Source: Acidimicrobiales bacterium (lineage in GTDB: Bacteria; Actinomycetota; Acidimicrobiia; Acidimicrobiales; SZUA-35). From it: a stretch of 64,000 nt of DNA. Below are positions 26,066-34,603 of the stretch, piece after piece (positions within the stretch are counted from its first letter, which is position 1; every line of letters starts with the position of its first letter). The DNA is taken from NCBI GenBank assembly GCA_013003535.1, contig JABDIY010000097.1, positions 11,970 through 75,969 of the forward strand, read 5' to 3'. Below the pieces are notes generated by a model. The model searched no databases, was not told where the DNA came from, and saw only the letters and a list, made by a program, of their open reading frames with translations. A program made the translations under genes and the position numbers.

Positions 26066-28963
26066 GTGCCATTTGTGGACGGGCCCACCCGGGCCAGCGC
26101 CGAACCGAGTAGAACCAGTTGGCAAGGTCGGCCGATCGTCGCCCGATCCATTCGAGTGTTCGCGTTCGCAGTTCCCCTCCTCAGCTCGTTCCTGGCCACC
26201 ATGTTCGTCAGTCGCCGTTTTCCGATTCAGGACAGCGGCCAGCCGAAGTGGCTGTGGTACCTCGCAATCTTCGTTGTCGGCGGCGTCGTGCTTATCTCGG
26301 TGGACCGTCTCTCCCGGCGGCTGCTGCCCCTGGCCGCCCTCTTCAAGCTCTCGTTGGTTTTCCCCGACCAAGCCCCCAACCGGTTCAACATGGCCATGCG
26401 GACCGGCACGACGAAACAGCTCGAACGGCGAATTCGAGACATCACCGAGCGTGGTCTGACCGACGAGGAGACGCTCAACTCTCAAACAATGCTGGAAATG
26501 GTTGCTGCCCTTTCCACCCACGACCGCCTCACCCGAGGCCATTGCGAACGAGTTCGGGCCTACACGGACCTGATCGCCGACGAGATGGGCATCTCCGAAG
26601 TACGGCAGCAAAAATTGCGCTGGGCGGCCCTCCTGCACGACGTTGGCAAACTCTTCGTTCCTAGCGAGATCCTGAACAAACCGGGGAAGCCCACCGATGA
26701 GGAGTGGGAAATCCTCAAATCCCACACTTGGAAAGGGGACGAACTGGCGGCGCCGTTGGCGGGTTGGCTTGGCGAGTTCTCCACCGCGATTCGCAGCCAC
26801 CACGAGCGCTGGGATGGCAATGGCTACCCGGACAAGCTGAAGGGTCAAGAGATCCCGATCGGCGCCCGCATCGTGGCGGTCGCTGATGCCTATGACGTCA
26901 TGACGTCGAAGCGGTCCTACAAGGAGCCCCGTCCCGCCAGCGAAGCTCGTGAGGAAATTGCCCGCTGCGCCGGAGGACAGTTCGATCCGACCGTCGCTCG
27001 AGCGTTTCTCAACATCGGCCTAGGGAAGCTGCGGATGGCGCTCGGCCCGCTGACCTGGCTGGCGAACGTTCCCAGCGCAGGAGCGGGCAGTCTGAGCCCA
27101 GTCGTTTCGCCGATCGCCAGTTCCGCACTCCAGGTTGGCTCAGCGCTCGCGGCCTCAGCCGTAGCGGTTGGCAGCGGTATCGCCCTTTCCCCAGTAGAAG
27201 CTCTCCCGACCGAGCTTGCGGTGGTCGCGGCACCATCAGAGCTGGTGGTGGGCCCGGTGAGCGAGACCATCATCACGTCGGTGCCGCCGGTTACCCAACC
27301 CGATGGCGTGGTAGTGCTCAACACCACCTCTACCACTGGGCCACTATCGGTCTCGGTTGTATCGCCGACCACATCCACACCCGGCGCTTCAACCACGGCG
27401 CCCACCACACTCCCCCCAACGGTTGTCCCATCTTCGGAACCGCCGGCGGCTCCCCGTCTCGACACGGCGCCAGTGGCACTGGACAGCATTCTGGTGGTGG
27501 AACCCGGGACGAACAAGATCACGTCGCTCCTGGCTACCACCACCTCGGGAAACCTGTCGTATCGGATCGTGTCCGTTCCAAACGGGCTCGGTGTGGACCT
27601 GATCGACGATATTGCAACGGCCTCACCCGGAAGCCCTGCCACAGTGGCGGTTCAGGCCAAGGTCAGCGCCAGTCCCACGGCTACGTTCAACGGGATCGTT
27701 TTCGAAGTGTGCGACAGCTCCGCTCGCTGTGACCAGGGCCGAGTCGCCGTGGTCATCGCCACTATTGCACCTGCGCCCACCACGACACCAGCCCCCACGG
27801 CGCCAACAACCACAACGACGATCCCGACCACCAGCACGAGCACCACGCTCGCCACCAGCACAACGGTCGCGGCCACGACCACCGTGGCAACAACCACCAC
27901 GACCACCCTGGGAACAACCACCACCCTGGCAACAACCACCACGATCCCAACCACAACCACGATCCCAGTGACCACCACGACGGTCGCCAACCGAGCACCG
28001 GCGCTCGGGACGATCCGCAACCTCGCCACCGTGGGCGCCACCAACTATCTGTTGCCTATCTCGGTGAGCGATCCAGACGGCGACCCCGTCACGCTCACCG
28101 TCACCAACTTGCCAATAGGCATGACGGCCACGCAGACGGTTACCAACAACATCTTCCTGCAATGGACGACCACGGGACCAACCCAAAGCCAGGCGGGAAT
28201 CAGCCGACTCGTCACGGTGAGCGCTGACGATGGTCTCGGCGGATCCGACACTTCGTCGTTCTGGTTGACTCCAATGAAGTTATCAACTCGGTTCGGCGAG
28301 TTTCGGATCAGCGAAGTCCTGTACAAAGAAGACTCCGAGTGGGGTCATGAGTTCATCGAGATACAGGGACTAGCGAACGGCACACTGAATTTTGATGGCT
28401 TCCGCGTTCAGGACGGTCCCGGCCGGGGCCACGGGGCCGGCGCTCAATCATTCGGCCTGGACTTCGTTGGCAGCAATGCCAAGATCAAGAAGGACGAAAT
28501 GATCATGATCTACATCGGCCTCGACGACCCGTCGCTCGGTTTGGCCGGAATGGATCCTGACAGCTATCACGCGCCCGGTTCGCACTGGTTCAGCAACAAG
28601 GTCGATCCAGTGCTCGGCAACAGCGGCGACGACATCTGGTTCTTCGACGACAACGGCGACCTCGTGGACTACCTCGGCTGGGGTTCTGGTAGCAACCGGA
28701 CGACCGACATCGCCGCCCCGGCCTACCTCTGGGTGAGTGGCTATGAAGACCAGATCATCGGAACCAACCCCGGACAATCGCTCTCGCTGGCTGCCAATAG
28801 CGGAAACGCTTCCAGCGCCTGCTGGGAGCCGACGGCGTCGGGAGACGCTGGCGCTCGCTGCGCCGGTCCCACATTCGTCACTGCGGACACCGATGATCTC
28901 ATCGCCACCAGCGGAACCGAGCCTCGGATCACCTCGGCCGGTCGCCGGAACGACACCATCTGA
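26066..28963 (+). CDS. Membrane HD-GYP domain protein fused to Thr/Pro-rich, Ig/cadherin-like and lamin-tail (LTD) domains
   Basis: Two N-terminal TM helices, HD-GYP motifs LLHDVGK and HHERWDGNGYP, and a hydrophobic segment QVGSALAASAVAVGSGIAL. These are followed by APVALDSILVVEPG... (Ig/cadherin-like), a poly-Thr linker, NRAPALG...ISVSDPDGDPVTLTVTNLP (dystroglycan/cadherin-like) and FRISEVLYKEDSEWGHEFIEIQG...FDGFRVQD (LTD). GTG start. Confidence 0.8.
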   Translation: MPFVDGPTRASAEPSRTSWQGRPIVARSIRVFAFAVPLLSSFLATMFVSRRFPIQDSGQPKWLWYLAIFVVGGVVLISVDRLSRRLLPLAALFKLSLVFPDQAPNRFNMAMRTGTTKQLERRIRDITERGLTDEETLNSQTMLEMVAALSTHDRLTRGHCERVRAYTDLIADEMGISEVRQQKLRWAALLHDVGKLFVPSEILNKPGKPTDEEWEILKSHTWKGDELAAPLAGWLGEFSTAIRSHHERWDGNGYPDKLKGQEIPIGARIVAVADAYDVMTSKRSYKEPRPASEAREEIARCAGGQFDPTVARAFLNIGLGKLRMALGPLTWLANVPSAGAGSLSPVVSPIASSALQVGSALAASAVAVGSGIALSPVEALPTELAVVAAPSELVVGPVSETIITSVPPVTQPDGVVVLNTTSTTGPLSVSVVSPTTSTPGASTTAPTTLPPTVVPSSEPPAAPRLDTAPVALDSILVVEPGTNKITSLLATTTSGNLSYRIVSVPNGLGVDLIDDIATASPGSPATVAVQAKVSASPTATFNGIVFEVCDSSARCDQGRVAVVIATIAPAPTTTPAPTAPTTTTTIPTTSTSTTLATSTTVAATTTVATTTTTTLGTTTTLATTTTIPTTTTIPVTTTTVANRAPALGTIRNLATVGATNYLLPISVSDPDGDPVTLTVTNLPIGMTATQTVTNNIFLQWTTTGPTQSQAGISRLVTVSADDGLGGSDTSSFWLTPMKLSTRFGEFRISEVLYKEDSEWGHEFIEIQGLANGTLNFDGFRVQDGPGRGHGAGAQSFGLDFVGSNAKIKKDEMIMIYIGLDDPSLGLAGMDPDSYHAPGSHWFSNKVDPVLGNSGDDIWFFDDNGDLVDYLGWGSGSNRTTDIAAPAYLWVSGYEDQIIGTNPGQSLSLAANSGNASSACWEPTASGDAGARCAGPTFVTADTDDLIATSGTEPRITSAGRRNDTI
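27908..27979 (+). repeat. In-frame 18-nt periodic Thr-rich tandem repeat (4 units) within a longer ACC/ACG-rich tract
   Basis: CTGGGAACAACCACCACC / CTGGCAACAACCACCACG / ATCCCAACCACAACCACG / ATCCCAGTGACCACCACG encode LGTTTT LATTTT IPTTTT IPVTTT. The wider Thr/Pro tract spans about 27775-27985. Confidence 0.7.
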
Positions 28964-29005
28964 AAGCCCGCCCCCACACCGACGGTGATCGCATAACCTT
29001 ATGGA

Positions 29006-31615
29006 ATGCAGAAACACGGTTCGGGAGCACCCGCCAAGGCGTCGCTCGATGGTTTGGAAGAAAAGTGGGATCCGCTGTGGACTGAAGGAGCTGTGTATGA
29101 ATTCGACCGTTCCGCTCACCGAGCAGACGTATTCAGCATCGACACTCCCCCACCCACCGTGTCTGGTTCTCTCCATGTTGGCCACATTTTCAGCTACGCC
29201 CACACGGACCTGATCGCCCGCTACCAGCGCATGACCGGCAAGAACGTGTTCTACCCGATGGGTTGGGATGACAACGGTCTCCCCACCGAACGGCGGGTCC
29301 AGAATTACTTCGGCGTTCGCTGTGACCCGTCGCTTCCTTATCAGCCCGGCTTCCAACCGCCAGCCAAAGAAGGACTCGATGTCAATGGAAAGAAACTGAA
29401 GCAACAGGTCCCTATCAGCCGACCCAACTTCATCGAATTGTGCAACCAGCTGGTGGAAGTAGACGAAAAAGCGTTCGAGGACCTCTTCCGCCATTTGGGT
29501 TTGAGCGTCGACTGGAGCTTGTTGTACGAGACGATCTCGGACAAGGCCCGGCGAATCTCCCAGAAGGCGTTTCTGCGAAATTTGGCCAACGGCCAGGCCT
29601 ACCAACAGGAAGCACCGAGCCTGTGGGATGTCACATTCCAAACCGCGGTGGCCCAGGCCGAGCTGAAGGACGTGGAGCGACCCAGCGCCTACCACACACT
29701 GCGGTTCCGGCGACCTGACGGGTCCGACCTCCTGATCGACACCACTCGACCCGAACTTCTCCCGGCCTGCGTTGCCGTAGTCGCCAACCCAGCCGATGAC
29801 CGCTTCCAGGACATGGACGGCCAGATGATCACCACCCCTTTGGGCGTGCAAGTCCCCTTGCGACTCCACGAACTGGCCGATCCGGAGAAGGGCACCGGCA
29901 TCGCTATGATCTGCACCTTTGGTGACACCACCGACGTCACGTGGTGGCGCGAACTCAACCTGCCCAGCAGAGCCGTCATCAATCGCGCCGGCCGGTTCAC
30001 CGATGAAGTCCCCGATGTTCTCACCGGCCCTGGTCTGGCGATCTATCAGGAAATGATCGGCAAGACCGTACACACCGGCAAGGAGATCCTGGTCAAGGCG
30101 CTCACCGATGCCGGAGGCATCGTTGGCGAACCTCGCCCCATGACCCACCCGGTCAAGTTCTTCGAAAAGGGCGACAAACCATTGGAGATCGTGAGCAGCC
30201 GGCAATGGTACATCCGCAATGGCGGGCGCGATTCCGACATCAACGCGCAGCTGGTGAAGCGAGGAGAGGAGATCAACTTCCATCCGCCCTACATGCGAGC
30301 CCGGTACAAGAACTGGGTAGAGGGCCTCAACGGGGACTGGCTGATCAGCCGGCAGCGATTCTTCGGCGTTCCGATTCCGTTGTGGTATCGCCTCGATGCG
30401 GCCGGAGAGCCGCTGTACAAAGATCCGCTTTCCCCGCCCGAAACCGCGCTGCCAATTGACCCTTCGGTGGATGTTCCCGACGGATTCACCCCTGACCAAC
30501 GAGGCAAGGCCGGTGGTTTCATGGCCGACCCCGACGTGATGGACACGTGGGCAACATCATCGCTCACGCCCCAAATCGCCGGCGACTGGGAAGAAGGCAC
30601 CAGCGATCTCTTCCATCGGGTGTTCCCGTTCGATATGCGTCCTCAGGGCCACGACATCATTCGCACATGGCTGTTTTCCACCGTGGTACGAGCCCATTTC
30701 GAGCACAACAGCGTTCCCTGGACCAACGCCGCCATCTCGGGCTGGATTCTGGATCCGGACCGCAAGAAGATGTCGAAATCTGTCGGCAACGTCGTGGTAC
30801 CCACCGAATCACTGGAGACCTACGGCTCTGACGCTGTTCGCTACTGGGCTGCGTCGGCCAGACCCGGAACCGACACCGCATTCGATGAAAGCCAGATGAA
30901 GGTTGGACGTCGTCTCGCGATCAAGCTGCTGAATGCTTCCAAGTTCGCGCTGGGCATGGGGGTTGACATCGACGCGATGAACCAGCCAGTCACCGAAGCA
31001 CTGGACCGAGCACTCGTCATACGACTGAGTCGGCTTGTTACAGAATGCACCGAAGCCTTTGACGGGTACGACTACGCCCGGGCGCTCGAACGGACAGAAT
31101 CACTGTTCTGGGCATTCACCGATGACTACATCGAGTTGGTGAAGAACCGGGCATACGGCCAAGCGACGGTGGCCTCTGCCGACGGCACTTCATCAGCGCA
31201 TGCCACCCTCGCCATTACGCTGGACACCCTCCTCCGACTGCTCGCGCCGTTCCTCCCCTTCGCCACCGAAGAGGTCTGGAGTTGGTGGCGGGACGGATCT
31301 ATCCACCAGGCTCCCTGGCCAAGGGCAGACACACTGCTGAGCAAGGCCGGAGCCGACGCCGATCCGGAGATTCTCACCGTTGCGGGCATCGCCCTCACCG
31401 AACTGCGCCGCCCAAAAACCGAGGCGAAACGATCCCTCAAAACCAGGATCACCGACGCCAGGTTCACCGTCGCCGACACTGACCGAGTCCGCCTCGATGC
31501 AGCCCTGCCGGATCTAACAGACAGCGCCTTGATCGACACCGTTGACATTCGCATCGCAGAACCGGAAGGCGGAGGCCGAATTGCGGTGACCGTTGCGCTT
31601 GAACCGGAGGCGTAA
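29006..31615 (+). CDS. valS: Valine--tRNA ligase
   Basis: PPPTVSGSLHVGH (HIGH region), an editing-domain-sized insertion, KMSKSVGN and a C-terminal anticodon-binding region. 869 aa. Confidence 0.93.
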   Translation: MQKHGSGAPAKASLDGLEEKWDPLWTEGAVYEFDRSAHRADVFSIDTPPPTVSGSLHVGHIFSYAHTDLIARYQRMTGKNVFYPMGWDDNGLPTERRVQNYFGVRCDPSLPYQPGFQPPAKEGLDVNGKKLKQQVPISRPNFIELCNQLVEVDEKAFEDLFRHLGLSVDWSLLYETISDKARRISQKAFLRNLANGQAYQQEAPSLWDVTFQTAVAQAELKDVERPSAYHTLRFRRPDGSDLLIDTTRPELLPACVAVVANPADDRFQDMDGQMITTPLGVQVPLRLHELADPEKGTGIAMICTFGDTTDVTWWRELNLPSRAVINRAGRFTDEVPDVLTGPGLAIYQEMIGKTVHTGKEILVKALTDAGGIVGEPRPMTHPVKFFEKGDKPLEIVSSRQWYIRNGGRDSDINAQLVKRGEEINFHPPYMRARYKNWVEGLNGDWLISRQRFFGVPIPLWYRLDAAGEPLYKDPLSPPETALPIDPSVDVPDGFTPDQRGKAGGFMADPDVMDTWATSSLTPQIAGDWEEGTSDLFHRVFPFDMRPQGHDIIRTWLFSTVVRAHFEHNSVPWTNAAISGWILDPDRKKMSKSVGNVVVPTESLETYGSDAVRYWAASARPGTDTAFDESQMKVGRRLAIKLLNASKFALGMGVDIDAMNQPVTEALDRALVIRLSRLVTECTEAFDGYDYARALERTESLFWAFTDDYIELVKNRAYGQATVASADGTSSAHATLAITLDTLLRLLAPFLPFATEEVWSWWRDGSIHQAPWPRADTLLSKAGADADPEILTVAGIALTELRRPKTEAKRSLKTRITDARFTVADTDRVRLDAALPDLTDSALIDTVDIRIAEPEGGGRIAVTVALEPEA

Positions 31616-31622
31616 CGCCGGC

Positions 31623-32384
31623 ATGAAGCTCGCCGCTTCGGTTCCCCCTACGCTTGTGGCGATGGGGGTGAGCCTGGTTGCGTGTTCCAGTGGGAACACC
31701 TCCGTGGATGTTTTCGCCGGATCTTCATTGACCGACGTTCTGCAAACGGCGGAGACCGAATTCGAGGCGATCAACGACGGAGTGGATATTCGGCTGAATC
31801 TCGCCGGCTCAAATGCTCTCGCCCGACAAATCGAAGATGGGGGGACCGCCGAACTGTTCATTCCCGCCGACCTGACCGCCCTCGACAGCATTGACCCAGA
31901 CCTCTTGGGCCGTTCACTGCCGCTTGCGGGGAATTCACTGGTGATGATCGCTCCGGCGAACTCGGCCATCCCGGCCCAAGGGCCGTCGCCAACCCCTGCC
32001 GAAGCGCTTGCGTGGGCCACGTCATTCGCTCGATGTGCCTCCGGTGTTCCTTGCGGAGATGCGGCAGACGCCTGGATCTCTGCGGTTGCAGACCTTCCCA
32101 GCGCTCGAACGATCTCCATCGAAAACAATGTGCGGGCCGTTTTGGCGAAGGTACGAACCGGCGAGGTTGATCTCGGACTGGTCTACCGGACTGATGCCAT
32201 CATCGCCGGCGACGACATCATCACAATCGAGCTTGGACCAGAGACCCCTCGGACCCTGGTTACCGGGTTCGTGGTGATTTCCGGAAACCGCGACGCCAGC
32301 GCCGCCGCCGACAGATTCCTCGATTACCTCGCCGATGATGACGCCCAACGCCTCTTCCGAGATGCCGGGTTCGGCATGCTATGA
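31623..32384 (+). CDS. modA: Molybdate ABC transporter substrate-binding lipoprotein
   Basis: Trimmed to MKLAASVPPTLVAMGVSLVACSSG (lipobox). VFAGSSLTDVL... and LVYRTDA are typical of ModA. It starts 7 nt after the valS stop. Confidence 0.8.
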   Translation: MKLAASVPPTLVAMGVSLVACSSGNTSVDVFAGSSLTDVLQTAETEFEAINDGVDIRLNLAGSNALARQIEDGGTAELFIPADLTALDSIDPDLLGRSLPLAGNSLVMIAPANSAIPAQGPSPTPAEALAWATSFARCASGVPCGDAADAWISAVADLPSARTISIENNVRAVLAKVRTGEVDLGLVYRTDAIIAGDDIITIELGPETPRTLVTGFVVISGNRDASAAADRFLDYLADDDAQRLFRDAGFGML

Positions 32385-33157
32385 CGCCCAGCACCGCTGC
32401 TCCTCGTCCGGTAGCTGTGGCAGCCGGCCTCGGAACACTTCTTTTGGCGATACCGCTCTTGGCGCTCCTGCTCGACGTGCCATGGATCGAACTCCCCCGA
32501 CTCCTCACGTCTACCGAGTCACTCGACGCACTGCGGGTGTCCGGCGTCGTGTCATTGGTAGCAGCCCTGTTATCGGTGCTCCTCGGGGTGCCACTCGCCT
32601 ACATCCTCGCTCGAACCGATTTCCCCGGCCGGGGCATCATCCGAGCAATCGTCACCGTGCCCCTGATTCTTCCCCCAGTAGTTACCGGCGTGGCGTTGCT
32701 CTCCGGATTTGGGCGCAGGGGCTGGATGGGCGACGTATTTGGCTTCGGCCTCCCACTTACCACCGTCGGTGCAATTCTTGCCGCCACGATCGTCAGCATG
32801 CCATTCCTCATTCTGAGCGTAGAAGGAGCATTTCGCTCGGGCGATGGACGCCTGGAGAAGATGGCCCATTCCCTGGGTGCCGGTCCTCTAGAAACGTTCT
32901 GGCGGGTGTCAGTGCCGGTCGTACGGCCCTCGATTGTGGCCGGCGCAGTCCTGGCCTGGGCTCGTGCTCTGGGCGAGTTCGGCGCCACGATCACCTTTGC
33001 CGGAAGTGTTCAGGGCGTTACGCGCACGCTTCCGCTCGAGGTTGTCCTCGCCTATGAACAAGACCCCGAACGCGCGCTGGCGCTGAGCGTGCTCCTGCTG
33101 GCGGTCAGCCTTTCGGTGCTGTTTGCTCTCCGAGACCGATTCCTGCCGTCACGATGA
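32381..33157 (+). CDS. modB: Molybdate ABC transporter permease
   Basis: EAA-loop-like MAHSLGAGPLETFWRVSVPVVRPSIVAG and GEFGATITFAGS. ATGA overlap with modA. Confidence 0.85.
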   Translation: MTPSTAAPRPVAVAAGLGTLLLAIPLLALLLDVPWIELPRLLTSTESLDALRVSGVVSLVAALLSVLLGVPLAYILARTDFPGRGIIRAIVTVPLILPPVVTGVALLSGFGRRGWMGDVFGFGLPLTTVGAILAATIVSMPFLILSVEGAFRSGDGRLEKMAHSLGAGPLETFWRVSVPVVRPSIVAGAVLAWARALGEFGATITFAGSVQGVTRTLPLEVVLAYEQDPERALALSVLLLAVSLSVLFALRDRFLPSR

Positions 33158-33798
33158 CACAACTCATCGCCTCCAAATTGAGATTTGACCGGGGGGATTT
33201 CTGTCTCGATGTGGATTTCACCGTGTCAGCAGGGACATCGTTGGCCGTCATCGGTGCCAACGGATCAGGGAAGTCTTCACTCATCGAAGGTCTTGCCGGA
33301 TTTCTGGAACCCTCGTCCGGTCAGATCACTCGGCCCGGCGGCACGGTTGGCTACGTACCACAGGACGGCCTGCTGATTCCCCACCTGAGCGTCCGCGAGA
33401 ACGTCGCTTTCGGCAAGGGAATCACGAAGTCTGACCTCGTCAAGGTCATCGAGGACCTCCGACTTCGCGACCTCGTTGACCGAATACCAGGGGAGCTTTC
33501 TGGCGGTGAGCAGCAGCGCGTGGCGCTGGCCCGCGCCCTGGTTCGGCGGCCGTCGTTGTTGTTGTTGGATGAGCCCCTGAGCAAGGTGGACGCCGAACTC
33601 CGGCGGCTGAATCGGGCGGTGATCCGCGACTGGAGCAGCCCTCGGCAAATCATCATCGTGGTGACCCACGGACCCGACCACGCCAGTGAGTGCGACCTGG
33701 TCCTGGCGCTGGAGGATGGCCAAGCCGTGGCATTGGCTCCGCCGGGGGAGCTCTCCGCCGCCCCCCCGGCACCCTGGATCAAGCAGTTTTTCAGCTGA
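33154..33798 (+). CDS. modC: ABC transporter ATP-binding protein (ModC-like, short form without C-terminal TOBE-type domain)
   Basis: Walker A GANGSGKSS, signature LSGGEQQRV and Walker B LLLLDEPLSKVD. It is only 214 aa and overlaps modB by 4 nt. Confidence 0.7.
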   Translation: MTQLIASKLRFDRGDFCLDVDFTVSAGTSLAVIGANGSGKSSLIEGLAGFLEPSSGQITRPGGTVGYVPQDGLLIPHLSVRENVAFGKGITKSDLVKVIEDLRLRDLVDRIPGELSGGEQQRVALARALVRRPSLLLLDEPLSKVDAELRRLNRAVIRDWSSPRQIIIVVTHGPDHASECDLVLALEDGQAVALAPPGELSAAPPAPWIKQFFS

Positions 33799-33802
33799 TG
33801 GG

Positions 33803-34426
33803 TCAGTTCATCCTGCGTAACATGATCTGAGAGCTCTCCCCTGCGAACAGATGAGCCCCGTCGGCAATCATCTGTTGAAGAGACTCATCGACCATCAGCT
33901 TGTCTGCTACTTGATCCACCTGCTCCGCACTTTCGTAGCTGCTGATCAACGCCATACCGCCATAGGTTCCGGCGACGTTCATGGATGCGGCGATAGGTAC
34001 TCCCAGGGCGGCTGAACCGGCGGTGGCCATCTGGACGAGCCACCCGACAGCCGGCCCCATTTGGCCCGGTGCGGCCGTTGCGATCGTGGCACGCACGATC
34101 ATTGCCGGGCGATCTCCCAGCGAGCCACCCACGATCCTGGCGATGTTGTCCACCGGTGGGCTCGGTGCCAGCCTGGCTACCTCCTCCATGGCGTCCAGCA
34201 TCTCACTGTTGGCTGCCAGCTTGGCCCACGCATCTTCCAACTGTGCTTGGGTTTCCACACGGGCTGAAGTCATCCAGCCGTTCCCCATCGGATGATACGA
34301 AACCTGCCATGTGAAGGTCTGGATGCCGGTTACCTTGGTTGCCACGGTGGCCGCATTCACAAACGCGGCACGTGTGGAGCCACCGTTCTGACCGTTGTGC
34401 ACCCGCATTCGGCTAAATAAATACAT
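33803..34426 (-). CDS. Hypothetical protein built from two similar ~100-aa halves (ferredoxin-like/dimeric alpha-beta-barrel-like by pattern)
   Basis: 207 aa. Half 1 is MYLFSRMRV...TFTWQVSY...AQLEDAWAKLAANSEMLDAMEE. Half 2 is AMIVRATIA...ALISSYESAEQVDQVADKLMVDESLQQMI. The duplication was judged by eye only. Confidence 0.45.
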   Translation of the reverse strand: MYLFSRMRVHNGQNGGSTRAAFVNAATVATKVTGIQTFTWQVSYHPMGNGWMTSARVETQAQLEDAWAKLAANSEMLDAMEEVARLAPSPPVDNIARIVGGSLGDRPAMIVRATIATAAPGQMGPAVGWLVQMATAGSAALGVPIAASMNVAGTYGGMALISSYESAEQVDQVADKLMVDESLQQMIADGAHLFAGESSQIMLRRMN

Positions 34427-34510
34427 CGCTCATCCTTCGCGTCGATGACCGCAACCCGGTCCCTGCGGGTAACAGTGCCGCATAGCGCCGCTCTCGGAAA
34501 GGGGGACGCC

Positions 34511-34543
34511 CAAAACGCGAGCGATCCGGGAGCAAAAGGCGAG
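34511..34543. promoter_or_regulatory. Direct repeat CAAAA[C/G]GCGAG x2 with 22-bp periodicity (candidate SARP box)
   Basis: CAAAACGCGAG (34511-34521) and CAAAAGGCGAG (34533-34543) match at 10 of 11 positions and start 22 nt apart. They lie in the 177-nt divergent region between 34426 and the SARP gene start at 34604. Confidence 0.3.
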
Positions 34544-34603
34544 GAATATGACAACGTGATACCTTTCCCTCAGGGGTAGCGGGCGCCATCGAACGGAGTT
34601 GCG

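Noticed and set aside
27775-27985. A repetitive ACC-rich tract, considered as a possible CRISPR array or intergenic tandem repeat.
   Set aside because: It is in-frame coding low complexity (poly-Thr) inside a long ORF. It has no repeat-spacer architecture and there are no cas genes in the window.
28448-30499. A 683-aa ORF on the - strand, overlapping the 3' end of the HD-GYP gene and valS.
   Set aside because: It is antisense to two genes with strong motif support (LTD; the HIGH and KMSKS motifs of ValS). It has no recognisable domains and a composition typical of shadow frames.
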